Assembly (NCBI RefSeq): GCF_030028105.1
Contig: NC_092372.1
Coordinates: 102,056,687-102,120,686 of the forward strand
Direction of reading: 5' to 3'
Origin: Mobula birostris
Lineage: Eukaryota
Length of the DNA stretch: 64,000 bases
Positions 1-13,354 of the stretch are shown here, one piece after another (position 1 is the stretch's first letter; each line of letters opens with the position of its first letter). The translations under genes and the position numbers were made by a program. Under the pieces are notes generated by a model that worked only from the letters and a program-made list of their open reading frames with translations, was not told the DNA's origin and searched no databases.

Positions 1-314
1 AGATGTTAGTCAAAAATTAAAATAGACAAAATTTGTTGTTTCTTTCAATTTTTTTTGCTTATTTATTTGTTTCCCCACTATGCACCCTCCCCCCGACTTG
101 TATTCTATAAGTGTAAATTTTATTCTTTGTCTTAGATATTTGGATAGTGATTTGTGTATTCTGCAAAGGTGAACTACCAAAATCCAACTGGCTGAAATGC
201 TAGGTTCACCTGTATATATCTGTGTCAGTTGATTGTTGTTCAATTTGGGTATGAAATATTCATATTTTAAACAAATAAACAGTGAACCAGAAGGCAGATT
301 AGGACATAGCTTAC

Positions 315-446
315 CGACAGTTGCTCTGCCTCCTTGGCTGACCTCTATGAAAGGTTCTGATATTTCAAAAATGGGAGGCTGTTGATTAGTGGACAACAGA
401 TGTATGGTAAAATCCATTTCTGGAGAGGTGTGTTCACCATCAGAAA
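315..446 (-). CDS. FRAS1: FRAS1 coding exon (132 nt, phase 1-1; last in window)
   Basis: Splice sites gtacgtctacag|TTTCTG...ACTGTCG|gtaagc. Encodes (V)SDGEHTSPEMDFTIHLLSTNQQPPIFEISEPFIEVSQGGRATV(G). VSDGEHTSPEM is the FRAS1 sequence as recalled. Confidence 0.95.
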
Positions 447-1389
447 CTGTAGACGTACAAAGAAAAGATTGTAAGGTTGCAAATAAATCTAGTGAAACCT
501 CAGGTATTCATGATTCATAGTAATTTTACTGTAATAACATAATTCCCATTTTAAAATGTTACAAAAGCAGGTGCATGTTTCTCCTATGTGTAGAATTTGA
601 CTAACGTTTCAGTTGGTGCAAACTACAAAACATCTCAACTGTGTGATTTCATAAGCTTCTAATTTATCAGAGCATGTGGTAATTTATTTATTAAATAGTA
701 AGAGAGCAGTGGCATTATGATGTCCCAGAAGTTCTATATGCTGCAGAGTTGAGTGGCAAGGTGTGATTTTCACCATGAACAGATCACATAATTGCAAAAA
801 ACTAGCTGCTGCACAAGGCACTCTATATAGGTCAACCTACATTGGCTTCATAGATCGTTTTGCAAAGAGTCATAAATTGGTGCCACTCTTGGCTTGACCA
901 GGCCCTTACCCTAATTAATTACTAGTGTTTTAAATGGGGTTAGAGTGGAAAAGGCGTAAGAGTTATATTAATTATTTACCACTCTACCCAGCATCTGGTT
1001 AGTGTATGTGCAATCACTGGAAAACAAAGGCAAGGTTGCTGTATTGGACAGAAATGAGGGACTGTTGTGTTCCATGTCTGTGCAAGATACGGCTTTCTCC
1101 TAGCACACTAGATACAGCAAACGGACTAGAAGGCTTCTCAATTTGTAGAATGGATTGAACCGCTAATTTGGAAAAGGGAAAAGGCACAGGCGTGCCTTTC
1201 ATGATAAACTCTTGGTAGTGCTCCAATGTGGCGGTTTTGTTGAACACATGTTTGGCTGACCTTAAGCACCTAGCAGTCAAATGTCATCCATTCTATTTAC
1301 CTAGGGAGTTCTCCTCCATAATCCTGACTGCAGTTTACATACCAACAATGGCCGAATATAATCAAGTGCTTGAGGTAACTGCATGATAC

Positions 1390-3834
1390 AGTCTCCAAAC
1401 AAGAAAAAGTCAATCACAGCACATTTCAAATCATAGTTGAGGACTTCAACAAGGGCTGTTTGAAGAAAACCTTTCCCAATTACATCAGCATATAACATAC
1501 AGCACCAGAGGTTCCAACACACAAGACCACTTGAGTTAAGGACTTAAGATAAGGAATGCCTACTGCTCCATGCCCAGAACAAATTTTGGTAAAATCAGAT
1601 CACTTGGCTGTCCTTCTCCTACCTTAATACAGGCAGAGGCTAAAGACAAAGTTCCAGTGATTAGAGCAAAGAGGTGGTGATGGGAGGCAGAGGAGAGGCT
1701 ACAGGACTGCTTCGAGTCAGTGGAATGGGCTGTGTTCAAGGACTCATCTGTGGAACTGAATGAAAACACCAAGGTTGTCATGGACTTCATTAAAACTGAC
1801 GTAGCCAAGTGTGTCCCACAAAATCATTCAGCGTCTTCCCCATCCAGAAGCCCTGGATAAACCATGAGATCCGGAATCTTCTGAGGGACAGATCAGAGGC
1901 ATTCAAATCTGGTGACCAAGAAAGTTACACGAGGTCCAGTTATGATCTCCAGTAAGCCATCTCATGGGCAAAGTGGCAATTCTGCACTAAACTTGAATCA
2001 ATGAAGGATGCTCAACAGTTGTGGCAGGGCTTGAATACCATCACCTCTTGTAAAGTTGGGTGATAACAAGGCCTCACTTACAGATGAGTCGAATGCATAC
2101 CATGCTCGCTTTGACTGTCAAAACATGGAGGTACACTCAGGAAATCCCTGATGATCATGTGATTTCAGTCTCTGACACCTACATGCAAGCAGGGCGAACC
2201 CACGAAAAGCAACCTACCCAAGTACTAAAAGCTTCTGCTGTTCAACCGGCAGGAGTGTTCATTGAGATGTGTAACTCTGTTTCAGCAGACTGAGGTACCC
2301 AACTGCGTCAAGCAGGCTTCAATTATACCGGAGCCTGAGACAAATGTGGTGACTGCCTCAGTGACTATTGTCCAGTAGCACTTACATCCACTGTGATAAA
2401 GAGTCTTGAGAGGATGCTGATAAAACATATCAACTTCTGCCTGAGAAGTGACTTGGATCTGCTCCAATTTGTCTACCAGATGGTCCACAACAGATACCCT
2501 CTCATTGGCTCTTCACTCAATCCTGGAACATCTAGTCAGCAAAGATGCATACATCAGGATGCTCTTTATCAACTACAGCTTGGCATTCAATACCATCATC
2601 CCCCCTAAACTAATCAATAAGCTTCAAAAGCTAGGCCTCAATACCTCCCTGTATCTTTGGATACAGATCTGTACAAAGATCTGGATCTTTGATTTCCTCA
2701 CTTGCACACCCCAGTCAGTTCGGATTGGCAACAACATCTCCTCCACAATCACCATCAGCACAGATGCACCACAAAACTGTGTGCTTAGGCCCCTGCTCTA
2801 CTCACTTTACACTTATGAGTGTGTGGCTACACACAGCTCCAATGCCATGCTCAAGTTTGCTGATGACGCCACCATGGTGGCATCGAAGGTGATGAGGAAT
2901 CAGCATATAGGAGGGAGGTTGAAAATCTGGCAAAGTGGTGCCACAATAATAACCTCTTACTCAATGTCAGCAAGACCAAGAAGCTGGTTATTGATTTCAG
3001 GAAGAGGAAACCAGAGGTCCATGAGCCAGTTCTCATTGGAGGATCAGAGGTGGAGTGGGTCAGCAACTTTAAATACCTCGGTGTTATTATTTTGGAGGAC
3101 CTGTCCTGTGCCCAGCACATAAGTGTAATTACAAAGAAAGCATGGCAGTACCTCCACTTCTTCAGAAGTTTGTGAGATTCGGCATGACATATAAAACTTC
3201 AACAAGCTTCATCAGATGTCTGCTGGTGAGTATATTGACTGGCTGTATCGTGGCCTGGTATGGAAACACCAATGCCCTTGAATGAAAAATCCTACAAAGG
3301 TAGAAGGTACAGCCCACTCCATTATGGTTAAAGCTGTCCCTACCACAGAACACATCTGCAAGAGGAATTGTCGCAGAAAAGCAGTGTCCATTATCAGGGA
3401 CCTCCACGACCCAGGACATGCTTTCTTCTCACTGCTGCCACCAGGAAAGTGGCAGAGAAGCCACAGGACTCACACCACTAGGTTCAGGAACAGTTATTAC
3501 CCCTGAACCATATAGCTTTTGAACGAAAAAGGATAACAATCACTCAATGTTATCATTGAAATGTTCCCACAAACTATGTACTCACATTCATGGACTCTTA
3601 ATCTCATAGTCTCAATATTTATTGCTTATTTATTATTATTATTTTCTTTTTGTATTTACACAGTTTGTTGTCTTTTGCACACTAGTTGAATGCCCAAGTT
3701 GGTGAGGTCTTTCACTGATTCTATTACGGTTATTAGTCTATTAGGGATTTCTTGATAATGCCCACAAGAAAATGAATCTCAGGGTTGTATGTGGTGACAC
3801 ATTTGTATATTGATAATAAATTTAAGTTGAACTT
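1390..3834 (+). mobile_element. Rex1/Babar-like LINE, decayed and 5'-truncated
   Basis: Frameshifted RT fragments ([29 protein letters not shown]) and C-terminal HDPGHAFFSLLPPG...TTRFRNSYYP, followed by an AT-rich 3'UTR. Boundaries approximate. Confidence 0.85.
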
Positions 3835-4527
3835 TATCTTGTGACAGAAATGTGTAATACTCCTGTGAATGAAGTGCACAGATTTTATGTCAACAATTTC
3901 AATTCTCTAAGCCTTAAAAATAATTGTTCTTTGCAAACAAAAATGTAAATAGTGCTCAAATAAATTCAGTGTTTAATGATAGGAGAAGCAATAATACTGA
4001 AATTCAGGTTTCAGAACAGCAATTACCACTTGTTTTTCTTGAGTCCTGATTTATATAGCCATGCAAAGATGTTAACAGAAAACCCAAGGAAATTACCTTG
4101 TAAATTAGCCCACATTCCAGCCAATGGGTAGTTATTACTCATGGGTTCATAATCAGAGGATTAAAACACATGCTAACTCTAGACTTTCCATGATTTGCCA
4201 ATTCGGACTTCTCAGAAATCAGATTTTGAGAAGTCTTAAGTTCTTCATTTCTCAGATGACCATTCCACCAAGTTAACAAGTTAACATCTAAGACAGAGTA
4301 TGAGGCGTTAGGAGAGAAGCAAGCATGAAAATCCCTTAAAGTCTGGAGGTACAAAGTTATAGCCATCACTCCATACTTCTTTCCCTTATAAGACTGCAAT
4401 GATACATTTTATCAAATGTGAAAGGTTCTGAGCATATCTCTCAGCCATCTCTACAGAATTCGCCGAGGGTATTAGATATCCATTCAATGAGGCACTCCAA
4501 GGAAAGTTAACATCAAGAATTATGTAC

Positions 4528-4560
4528 CTCTGAAAAGGAAGTTCACCGACTCAGGCAGAC
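4528..4560 (-). CDS. FRAS1: FRAS1 microexon (33 nt, phase 1-1)
   Basis: Reads attctcctag|GTCTGCCTGAGTCGGTGAACTTCCTTTTCAGAG|gtacat. Encodes (G)LPESVNFLFR(V), matching the GLPESVKFHFTV segment recalled from human FRAS1. Confidence 0.9.
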
Positions 4561-4779
4561 CTAGGAGAATAAAACCAGACTCACATCACATAGCTTGGAG
4601 ATGTCCACTGTTGGAAATGGATTAAATAAATTTGGCAATACTACAGTATAAAGAATGGTTCACATTTTGGGGTATCATAATCAACTGAAATGCACAAAAA
4701 CGACAGCTAAATAATCAACCAGGATTTAAACCACAGATAATGGGTAATTCAATGCTCAAGCAGTGGTTTGTGAACGACT

Positions 4780-5290
4780 TCAAGTTCACTTTGAGTTCAT
4801 TCAACGGTACGCATGAAACTACCAAACGAAACACCATTCCTCTGGACCAAGGTTCACAACACAGTACGTATCCTAACTCACACACATAACACAGAGTAAT
4901 ATTACCTTGTGTCATAAATTAGGTGCATTTATGACACAAACTTAAAAGAAAACAGTATAACGCTACTGGCATTTCATTGATGATGAGACTTAGGTGGTGA
5001 TAGTTAGTTCAGTAGTCTTACAGCCTGCGTGAAGAAGCTGTTTACTACCCTAAGAGTTCTTGTCCTAATGCTACGATACCTCCTGCCTGATGGTAGGGGA
5101 TCTGAGCAAACGTTGGACAGATGGGAGGGATCACTGACAACAGGAAGCAGTGCTCCTGGTGATCCTTTCAGCAGTCCTCACAATCCTCTGTAGGGACTGG
5201 CAATGAGATGCCCTGCAATTCCCATACTTGACAGTAATGCAGTTGGTCAGTACCTCCAAATGGTGCTCCTGTCAAAATTTTGAACCAGCT
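4780..5290 (-). mobile_element. Rex-Babar-like LINE 3' fragment
   Basis: Reverse complement of the LLPSGRRY-type 3' end (ctcctgcctgatggtag) and 3'UTR shared with the other copies. Confidence 0.6.
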
Positions 5291-6310
5291 GTAAGTTATA
5301 GATGAGAATGTTGAGTCCAGGAACATAAGGAGAGTAAAGATAACTAGCATGATGGGCATGCAGTTGGGGTGTGTCAACAGACAGATTGGTGGACATAGGT
5401 GTGCAAGGACCACCTAACCTGAGCCATCCGTGCACCATCAGGTGAAGCTTACAATTAAGTTCCTCATATGGCAATTAAAAACTTGGGCAATCTCCTTACG
5501 CTACACCAGGAATTCAACCACTCTGAATACCATAATGATTGCTGGTGTGGGAAGCTGGAAATATAATGGCTTTTAAGGCATAATCAAGGAAGCCTTGCTT
5601 TGTAACATTAACTAATTCATAATAATCAAAGTTGCTAATTGGTCAACAAGGTGAAAATTTGCTCTACTCTGATCCGACTGTGTCAAGTTGATTGGTCCAA
5701 ATTCCATGCTCTAAGTAATATCTTTTTGCAGAAGATTGATGACACACTATGATTGGTATAGGCAGAAAGAAAACTCCACTGCTAGAATGGGATCCAGCTG
5801 ATGTTCTGCCTAGTTAACCAAATGGTTAGGTAAGGGAATGATAACCTAACAATCCAATTCTCTTACATTCCTTATTGATCTCAAATGCCTTAGTAACATC
5901 TAAAATGGTGCTTTAGTGAGGTATGCATTCCTTTATGTATTAATGGGACTGGATAATTGATAGAGGTATAAAATGGAGAAGCTTATTTATAGTAAATGCT
6001 CTCAGTGAGAAAAACTAACAACATTAGAATGGAATTCTGTCACACAGAAAATAATACTTCTTGTTTCCTTTCATAATTAGGGACCCATTTACTTCACAAT
6101 TAAATGACCTCTAACAGAGTTCCAAGAACAGCCTCATTCCTACTGGCCGTTACTTGTAGTGTGCTAATTGTAGCCCAGTTAAAAATGTGTGAGATATTGA
6201 CCATGCGGATAAAAGCCAATAGCTGCACTCAGGAATAAGCAGCAACAATGTGTGCACCAAATAAAAATGAAAACCTTAATTTGAACATTTTTTTGCACCA
6301 TGTTTCTTAC

Positions 6311-6448
6311 CAGTGAAGGAGAATTTGAAGAAGCCTTGCACATGGAAAGATGCAGCTGGAGGTCGGTACAGAATCCTCCCACTGTCAATGTCAGCCTGAG
6401 TGAATGATGTGACTGGGAAGAAAGGTTTGTCAGAGCGTTCAAGTGTAC
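6311..6448 (-). CDS. FRAS1: FRAS1 coding exon (138 nt, phase 1-1)
   Basis: Splice sites tttaatttag|GTACAC...TTCACTG|gtaaga. Encodes (G)TLERSDKPFFPVTSFTQADIDSGRILYRPPAASFHVQGFFKFSFT. Confidence 0.95.
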
Positions 6449-6522
6449 CTAAATTAAAGTAGTACAGTTTATAGAACAATGAAACAAAGCATTCTACTGT
6501 TTACAAAATAGCATGTTTACAT

Positions 6523-6750
6523 ATTTATTTATTTATTGAGATTTGGCTTGGCATAGACCCTTCCAGCCCTGAAGCACTCCGTCCAGCAATCTTGATTTAA
6601 CCCTAGCCCACTGACAGGTAGTCTTAAATTATAACGACCAATTAACCTACCGACTGGTACATCTTTGGACTGTGGCAGAAAACCCACATGGTCACAGGCA
6701 GCAGCCGGAATTGAACCCGGGTCGCCTGTAAGGTGCTGTGCCACCTGGTA
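6523..6750 (-). mobile_element. tRNA-derived V-domain SINE (HE1-like)
   Basis: B-box GGTTCAATTCC on the minus strand, V-domain CCACAGTCCAAAGA, and an (AATA)n tail. Confidence 0.75.
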
Positions 6751-8744
6751 CATTATAGGTCTGAGTTTTGTAGAAAAAAATGACAGTGAGACTAGTGGTA
6801 TTCATCAACAGCAAAGAATAACTTGTGAGTAACTTCTGACACCTGCAAACGTGCATTAAAATGCAGAGTTTGGAACGCCCTTACCCGATGTGCACTGCTT
6901 CTCTATAAAGCTTTACGGCACCACTACGTGAAGGGAGAGAAGTTATGGTACTGGCTCACTGGACAAGCACGAAATGTACCAATAAAAGGGTCCATTCAGG
7001 TACAAGTGAAAATTTTACAGTTCATTGTGCTGCCTGACAATTTCTCTTGTCCTTAACTTTATGTTCTTGTTACAAATGTGAAGTCCGCTTATTAAATTTT
7101 AAATATTGGAGACCTTTAAAACATTCTGTCAAATTTCCCTCTTAGTCTTATGCTCTTCTTCTTCATTTCACTTTCTGAACATGGCAAACTACTTCTGTAG
7201 AAAAAGTTGCCAAGAACAATCTGGCCCTGGTAAGGCCACGATCACCCACATCTATATGACACAGCACTTAAAGCTCATGATGATGAACATGAGACTTAGA
7301 TTGAATTATTGAAATAAATTAAGCAGCACAATTTTAACAATACATGTTAAATAGCATAAATAAAAAGCTGTGCCTTACAAGGATAGTATGCAAAAATACA
7401 AATATCATAATTTCATATTTTCTAAAGAAATAATTACCTTCAGTTCAATTACCTAAAAATATGAATGGTATAGCCATTTGTTTTTCAAATGGTGTATGAA
7501 GATTTCCTTTCCTAGGTTTAGAAAGACCTCCACACAAGAACATTATAATAATGGAGAAGGGGTATATCCAGCCTGCCCTGCCATTCAGTTTGATCTTGGA
7601 AACTCACCAGTTCACTATTACCTTCAATTCTGACCTTTAAATATTTGTCCCATCTCCACTTTAAATATTTCTAATGATTTGGCTTTGACTATCCTTACTG
7701 ACAAAGCATTCCAGAGATTCAATAACCTCTGAGAGAAGAAATTTCTGTGTGCCTTAGTCTTAAATGATTGCACCCTTATTTAGTAACTTTGTCCCCTTAG
7801 TCATAAATCTTCCACTAGTGAAAGCATCTCAACATTGACCTTATTAGGCCCCATAGGATCTTATATGTTTGAATATAGTAAACCCTCAATCTTCTGCACT
7901 CCACATCAAATAGTGCCCTGGAGATTCCACTGTATGCTTTTGATTGTGAATTGCACTTGTACAGTCTTGTGTCATACATGTACCTGAGGACATCATTTCA
8001 CATGCAACACTTATTTGGACTGTTGCAAGGGAAATTAAATGACAGCATTTTACAGTGCAGCTGCCATTGTGAATTGTCAGAAAAAAATGTAACAGCATTA
8101 TTTGCTTTGCAGCAGTGTATTTTAAAGGCTGAGCAGATATCAGTCTTGACATTTGGACCTTTATTCAGTTGGCATCTTTGATTTACCTGCTGTACTCAGA
8201 CGTTAACCAATCTCAATATTTTCAACCACTCTCCCCAGATTTAGATGCTTCATCCTGATTCTCCTACACATCCCTATCCCAATTCCTTATTCTTCAAGCA
8301 GAGCTTAAGCTATTACACGCAAGTAAACAAGGCTCAAAAAGGTGGATCTTTTCCTCTTAACAATTCCCTCATCCAGCTCTATTCTCAGGAATGTGGAGAA
8401 AGAGATAAGGGAAATTCAGCAGCTTCCTAGGCTTTTGAGGTCTTTAATATAGCCTTCAAACACATACCAATATTTATAGTGCTCTACACGATCAAATTTG
8501 TTGGGCAGTAAAATATGAAATATTCTTTTACAGGAATATCAGATGTGGACTATAAAATTAATGTTTTAGAGCTAGTGAGTCTGCTACCAGTAGCTATGGC
8601 ACTGTACACAATTAAAATTCACTGATTCACTTCATGCATCAAAGTCCAATGTTTTTGGACTGTTTATACAACTGAAAATAGTTTTTGAATAGTTCAATTT
8701 CTTATCAGATTACCCATTTCTGAAGGTTAGGCGGGAGGAGACTG

Positions 8745-9265
8745 CATAAGACATAGGAGAAGAATGAGGCCATTTAGCCCATCAAGTCTGCTCTGCCATT
8801 CCATCATGGCTGACTTACTATCCCTCTCAACCCCATTCTCTTGCCTTCCCTCCGTAAACCTCGATGACCTTGCTAATGAAGAACCTATCAAGCACTGCCT
8901 TAAATATAATCAATGATTTTGCCTCCAGAATCATACGCGGCAATGAAGCGCACAGATTCACCACCCTCTGGACATAGAAATTCCTCCAAATCTCTGTTCT
9001 AAAGGGATGTCCTTCTGTTCAGAGATTGTGCCCCCTGTTGCGCTACTACTGGAGACATGCTCTCTATATCGACACCATTTAGGTGTTTCAATACTCAATA
9101 GGTTGCAATGAGATCCCCTCTCATTTTTCTAAACTCCAGTGAACACAGGCTGAGAACTATCCAACACTCCTCCTATACTAATCCTTTCATTCCCAGGATC
9201 ATATTTTCTTCAACCCTCCCTGGACCCTCTCCAATGGCAGCACATCCTTTGTTAGATAAAGGGCC
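8745..9265 (-). mobile_element. CR1 LINE 3' fragment
   Basis: Reverse complement of the CR1 ORF2 C-terminus (GGAGTTTAGAAAAATGAGAGGGGATCTCAT; QRVVNL) and the CTTATG tail. Confidence 0.8.
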
Positions 9266-10553
9266 TCAGCATTACATTCTAGTCATCTCAATTTGAATGC
9301 TAACACTGCATCTGTCTTTCTTTCGATAACTGTAAGGAGAACGCCCAGTGCAAATGGATGCTTGATGCTCAGTGTCAACTTAAAGAGCTGAAGGGATGAT
9401 TTTTCAAGTTCAGGTGTGCCTGAATGGACTCCAGACATTGCTGTCAGCTTCAGGATGAAAGGTTCCCCTACTAAAACATTCACAATTTCTCTCTCTCCGA
9501 ATGCTGCTTGACCTGCTGAGTATATCCCGACTTTTTTTTAAATCTTACGCTTCCAGTATCTGAAGCATCTGCCATATTTTACTTCTGGAGAAGGTATTCA
9601 AAGGAAAATGAGACATGTTAACCAAAGGGTAGAGAAAGAGATAAAAATTTGAGTTGAGCAAAAATGAAGCAGTTGTCCTTTTAACACTCTGACTGCCTTC
9701 ACTGCTTGTTCACTTTAGTTTCTGGGGTAATGTATTTGGAACCAGTGAGGGTTTAGCATTTTTTTTTAAGTTTGCTCATATTACTTTAGAGTAGTAAATC
9801 AAGCAATTAAAGAAAGGCTATGAATACATTTTGACTGTTATGAGGCTGGACTGGTTCATTGGGATCATTCAGGTAGTTTCTACTTACTCTAGTTTACAAT
9901 GCCACTCCATATCATGTGACTGATCTTTAAGGAGTGAATTTCCATGTGATGTAAAGAACCAGCCTCCTCTAGCCCTGATGCATTCTGCATGGGAAACCAG
10001 GAAACAGAATGGAAATACTGCTTCAACCTTATCTGGTGCTGCTATTGTCTCCCAGCCGGTGTTATATACATATGGGACTATGCTAAAGGTAGCACACACT
10101 CGCTAACCCTATGGGAAGTGGCCACTGAGCTGTACTCCCAAGTAATTGATTTTTAAACTCTCTTTACAACCTACAAAGAAAGAGCAAAAAAAAGAAGAAA
10201 AAAGAAAAAAGAGCGCTGGGCTTGATTCAATTAGAAGATGTGAAGGGAGCACAGATGTTTGGGTGGATCTTTTGACATTTTGTTACATAAAAACAAACGC
10301 TTCTGTCTTTGTTTGGATTGAGTTGTTCTCCAATCTTGGCAATTTACTTGCAAGCATTCTGCCACCAGGTGAGGAGACATCATCAGTGGACTGTCTCCGT
10401 CTTCATCTTTTACCATCACATTTAACAAATTACCAACCACAAACAACAGAAGCAACAAAGATTTTATATGTGTATTCTATGCTCCAACCTGTACATTCAT
10501 TTATAAAAATAAACAAGAAATATTTCCACATCGGGCACATTATTAATACTTGC

Positions 10554-10668
10554 CGTGATCTGGGAGCAGTGGAACAGTGATATTATAGATTAGATCCTGG
10601 CTTGGTGTGTCTTTGTCTACAAAGGATAATTGTGTAGCCTGGATTATTGTAACTCTGTCTTCAAGTGC
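10554..10668 (-). CDS. FRAS1: FRAS1 coding exon (115 nt, phase 0-1) with GC donor
   Basis: Splice sites ttttcttag|GCACTT...GATCACG|gcaagt. Encodes ALEDRVTIIQATQLSFVDKDTPSQDLIYNITVPLLPDH(G). Only the GC donor gives the phase required by the next exon. Confidence 0.9.
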
Positions 10669-10729
10669 CTAAGAAAACAGAAGTGCTAGTCAAGCAAACA
10701 TATTTCACAATATAAATGTTCTCTCCATA

Positions 10730-11566
10730 CAGTAAATTCCAGTTAATATGGTTATTAGTTAATCAGGGCAGGTGCTTATCTGGGATAACTCTTAAAGAAC
10801 AAAAACTGAGAAAATATCCAGGATTCCCCTCGTTTATTTGGGACGCCATACCACTTATTTGGGACAGAAGACTGTTGCCAGTTTCTAACTAGAGTCAGTC
10901 TCATGTACTTGTGTGGCCACAAGACACCACACCGTGTTTACAGTGAACTGTTTTTAAGCAGCGTTATTTGTGTGTTTGTGTTCAAAAAGCAGTGATTTTT
11001 ATCGCTGATAGATGGCAAGAAATAAGCAGTAAGACAATTCAGAACTGTTTTGCTCACTGCGGTTTCAAGCACTCAGTCTTAGAGATACCAGAAATGGCCA
11101 GGATTAAAAATGAAGCAGTTTCCCTACTTCAAGTTAGGAACTACAAAGAATTTTATGATACTGACAATCATAGCAAATGTTACAATGAAGATTTGGAAGA
11201 TATAATCATCGAAAGCATTATATGACGGTAGTCTATTATCTGCACTAGGTGTCTGTACTACTTTTGTTCTTTTACAGTCAATCAAAAGAACACAGCGGCA
11301 TACAGTAGATGAATTCTTCCGTCAAAAACTATTAGGAACTAATACAGATTTGTAGCACTGTAAGCACTGTCGTAGTTTTGGGAATGTTCTAATATGTTTG
11401 GTATTTCATTTAAATACACAATTTGTTACTCAGTTAAGTAGTAGTTTTCCTTTTTTTAAAAATACATTTTAACTATTTCCATGAAACTTTGATTAATTTG
11501 GGCAATTGCCTAATTTTGCCAAAATGTACCAGTTCCTGATGTGTCCCAATTAACAGGAATACACTG
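10730..11566 (+). mobile_element. Tigger/pogo-like non-autonomous DNA transposon
   Basis: Imperfect TIRs TA|CAGTAAATTCCAGTTAAT ... ATTAACAGGAATACACTG. Internal ORF 10968-11225 (AVIFIADRWQEISSKTIQNCFAHCGF) matches the C-terminal end of the Tigger/CENP-B DDE domain. Confidence 0.8.
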
Positions 11567-12144
11567 CATATAATTTTTTTTATCAAATGTGAGGCTTACA
11601 TTGCAGTGGTTAATATCCAAAAACAAAATAGGTATAAATGACGCTACAATTAAAAGCTTGATAGCAGATTATATCCCAAAATGCACTGGAATCTGAACAT
11701 GTCTGTAACTATAATTAAATTGGGCCAGTGACCCGCAGACATTACTTTCATTCTGTAAGGAAGAAATATCATAAGGCCATTAAAAGTGCATTTCAGAAAA
11801 CCTCATTTTTAGTTCAAATTTAGAGCTTACATTCTGTAGCAATTATTAAAGAGCATCAAGGTCATTTTCAAACTGAGCAGGCCACCAGTCCTCTCCAGAA
11901 ACTGCTTAATTGCTGTTTATTAAACTGGGGATTTGTCAACTTGCTGCCTACGTGGCAGAACTGAAAAGTACACAACAGATTCTGGCGCTGGAGCTCTTGA
12001 ATTTCCTGAACTCCACTTTTTCCCCATAGATTGTTTTGCACAGTAAATGGGGTTATTCACCTTGTCTTGATGAAAACCTCCTGCAGCAAATTTTCTAAAC
12101 TTAACTCAAGCAGACATAGTGGGGAACAACCAAGTAGTTCTTAC

Positions 12145-12267
12145 GGTGATCTGTAGTGGGGTAACAATTCCTGGAGCGAGCTGTGGAGCATCCTTGTTTT
12201 CCTGCAAGATTCCAATTTTAAATATATGGCTTTCGTCTCCATTGTAGGACCCAGTATTGTCTGATAC
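12145..12267 (-). CDS. FRAS1: FRAS1 coding exon (123 nt, phase 0-0)
   Basis: Splice sites ttaattgcag|GTATCA...ATCACC|gtaaga. Encodes VSDNTGSYNGDESHIFKIGILQENKDAPQLAPGIVTPLQIT. Phases fit both neighbouring exons. Confidence 0.9.
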
Positions 12268-12321
12268 CTGCAATTAACAAAAATTAGTGGGTGATTCTTT
12301 CAACAAATTATATTATTCTAC

Positions 12322-12824
12322 ATAAAAGGTAGTGGATTCAGCCCAGTATATCATGGGCAAAGCCCTCCCAACCATTGAGCACATCTACATGAAATGCTGT
12401 TGTAGGAAAGCAGCATCCATCATCAAAGACCCTCACCACCCAGTCCATGTTCTTTTCTCCCTGCTGCCATCAGGTAAAAGGTACAGGAACCTCAGGACTC
12501 GCACCACCAGGTTCAAGAACAGTTACTATCCCTCAACCATTACGCTCTTGAACAAAAGAAGATAACTTCACTCATCTACTGAGAAGTTCTGACAACCAAT
12601 GATCTCACTTTCAGGACTCTTTGTCTTATTATTTCATACTCTCATTATTTATTGCAATTGATTTGTATTTTCATTTGCATAGCTTGTTGTCTTCTATGCT
12701 CTTGTTCTCTCGTTGATCCTGATTATAGTTACTACTCTATAGTTTTGCTGAGTATGCCCACAGAAAAAAGAATCTCATGTATCTAATGATATGTATATAC
12801 TCTGATAATAAATTTACTTTGAAC
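12322..12824 (+). mobile_element. Rex-Babar-like LINE 3' end
   Basis: ORF 12332-12565 (KAASIIKDPHHPVHVLFSLLPSGKRYRNLRTRTTRFKNSYYP) plus a 3'UTR ending tttgaacttt. Confidence 0.85.
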
Positions 12825-13354
12825 TTTTTTGTTCTTATATAAAGGAATTGAAATAATATTTGCAAAAAGGAATTCAGCTTGTATTCATCCAAAAGAATAT
12901 CAAAATGTCCCAGATGGTTTCTTTGTGTATGCTGTGAACAAAGCTGCAAGAATGTTAAAATGTTAGAGAAAATGTGACTGCAATCTTCATTGGTGAGCAT
13001 CTGAGAATCCAGTCTTAATATCCTGAACAAGTATGAGCCAGCGGCTCCTTGCTATGCTCTACCACCTTTTTTGTACGTTGCCACAGTCTCTGGCCTGCTG
13101 CAAAGCAAGCTTGCAGTGACATCGCCAGAATGTGGCTGTGATCCACGGCTCACAGGAGAGTGGACTGAAAAGGCATAGTGGCAGAAAAATGGATCCTGGT
13201 CTGCAATTCTAATAGGTTAAACACTGTTAGTCCAGAACCTACAGGACATTGATGGTGTAGAACAAGTAGATTTTCCAAGAATGGATATTACTCCTATTAA
13301 TACATGATCCCTGGTGAATTCAAAGGTAGTATGATAATGGATTCCCAGTGAGTA

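Noticed and set aside
10-417. 135-aa ORF as a standalone gene (likewise 6276-6479 and 54467-54850)
   Set aside because: These are FRAS1 exons read through into introns. Similarity ends at the splice donors.
7950-8200. Non-repetitive stretch resembling a conserved non-coding element
   Set aside because: This cannot be supported without cross-species alignment.
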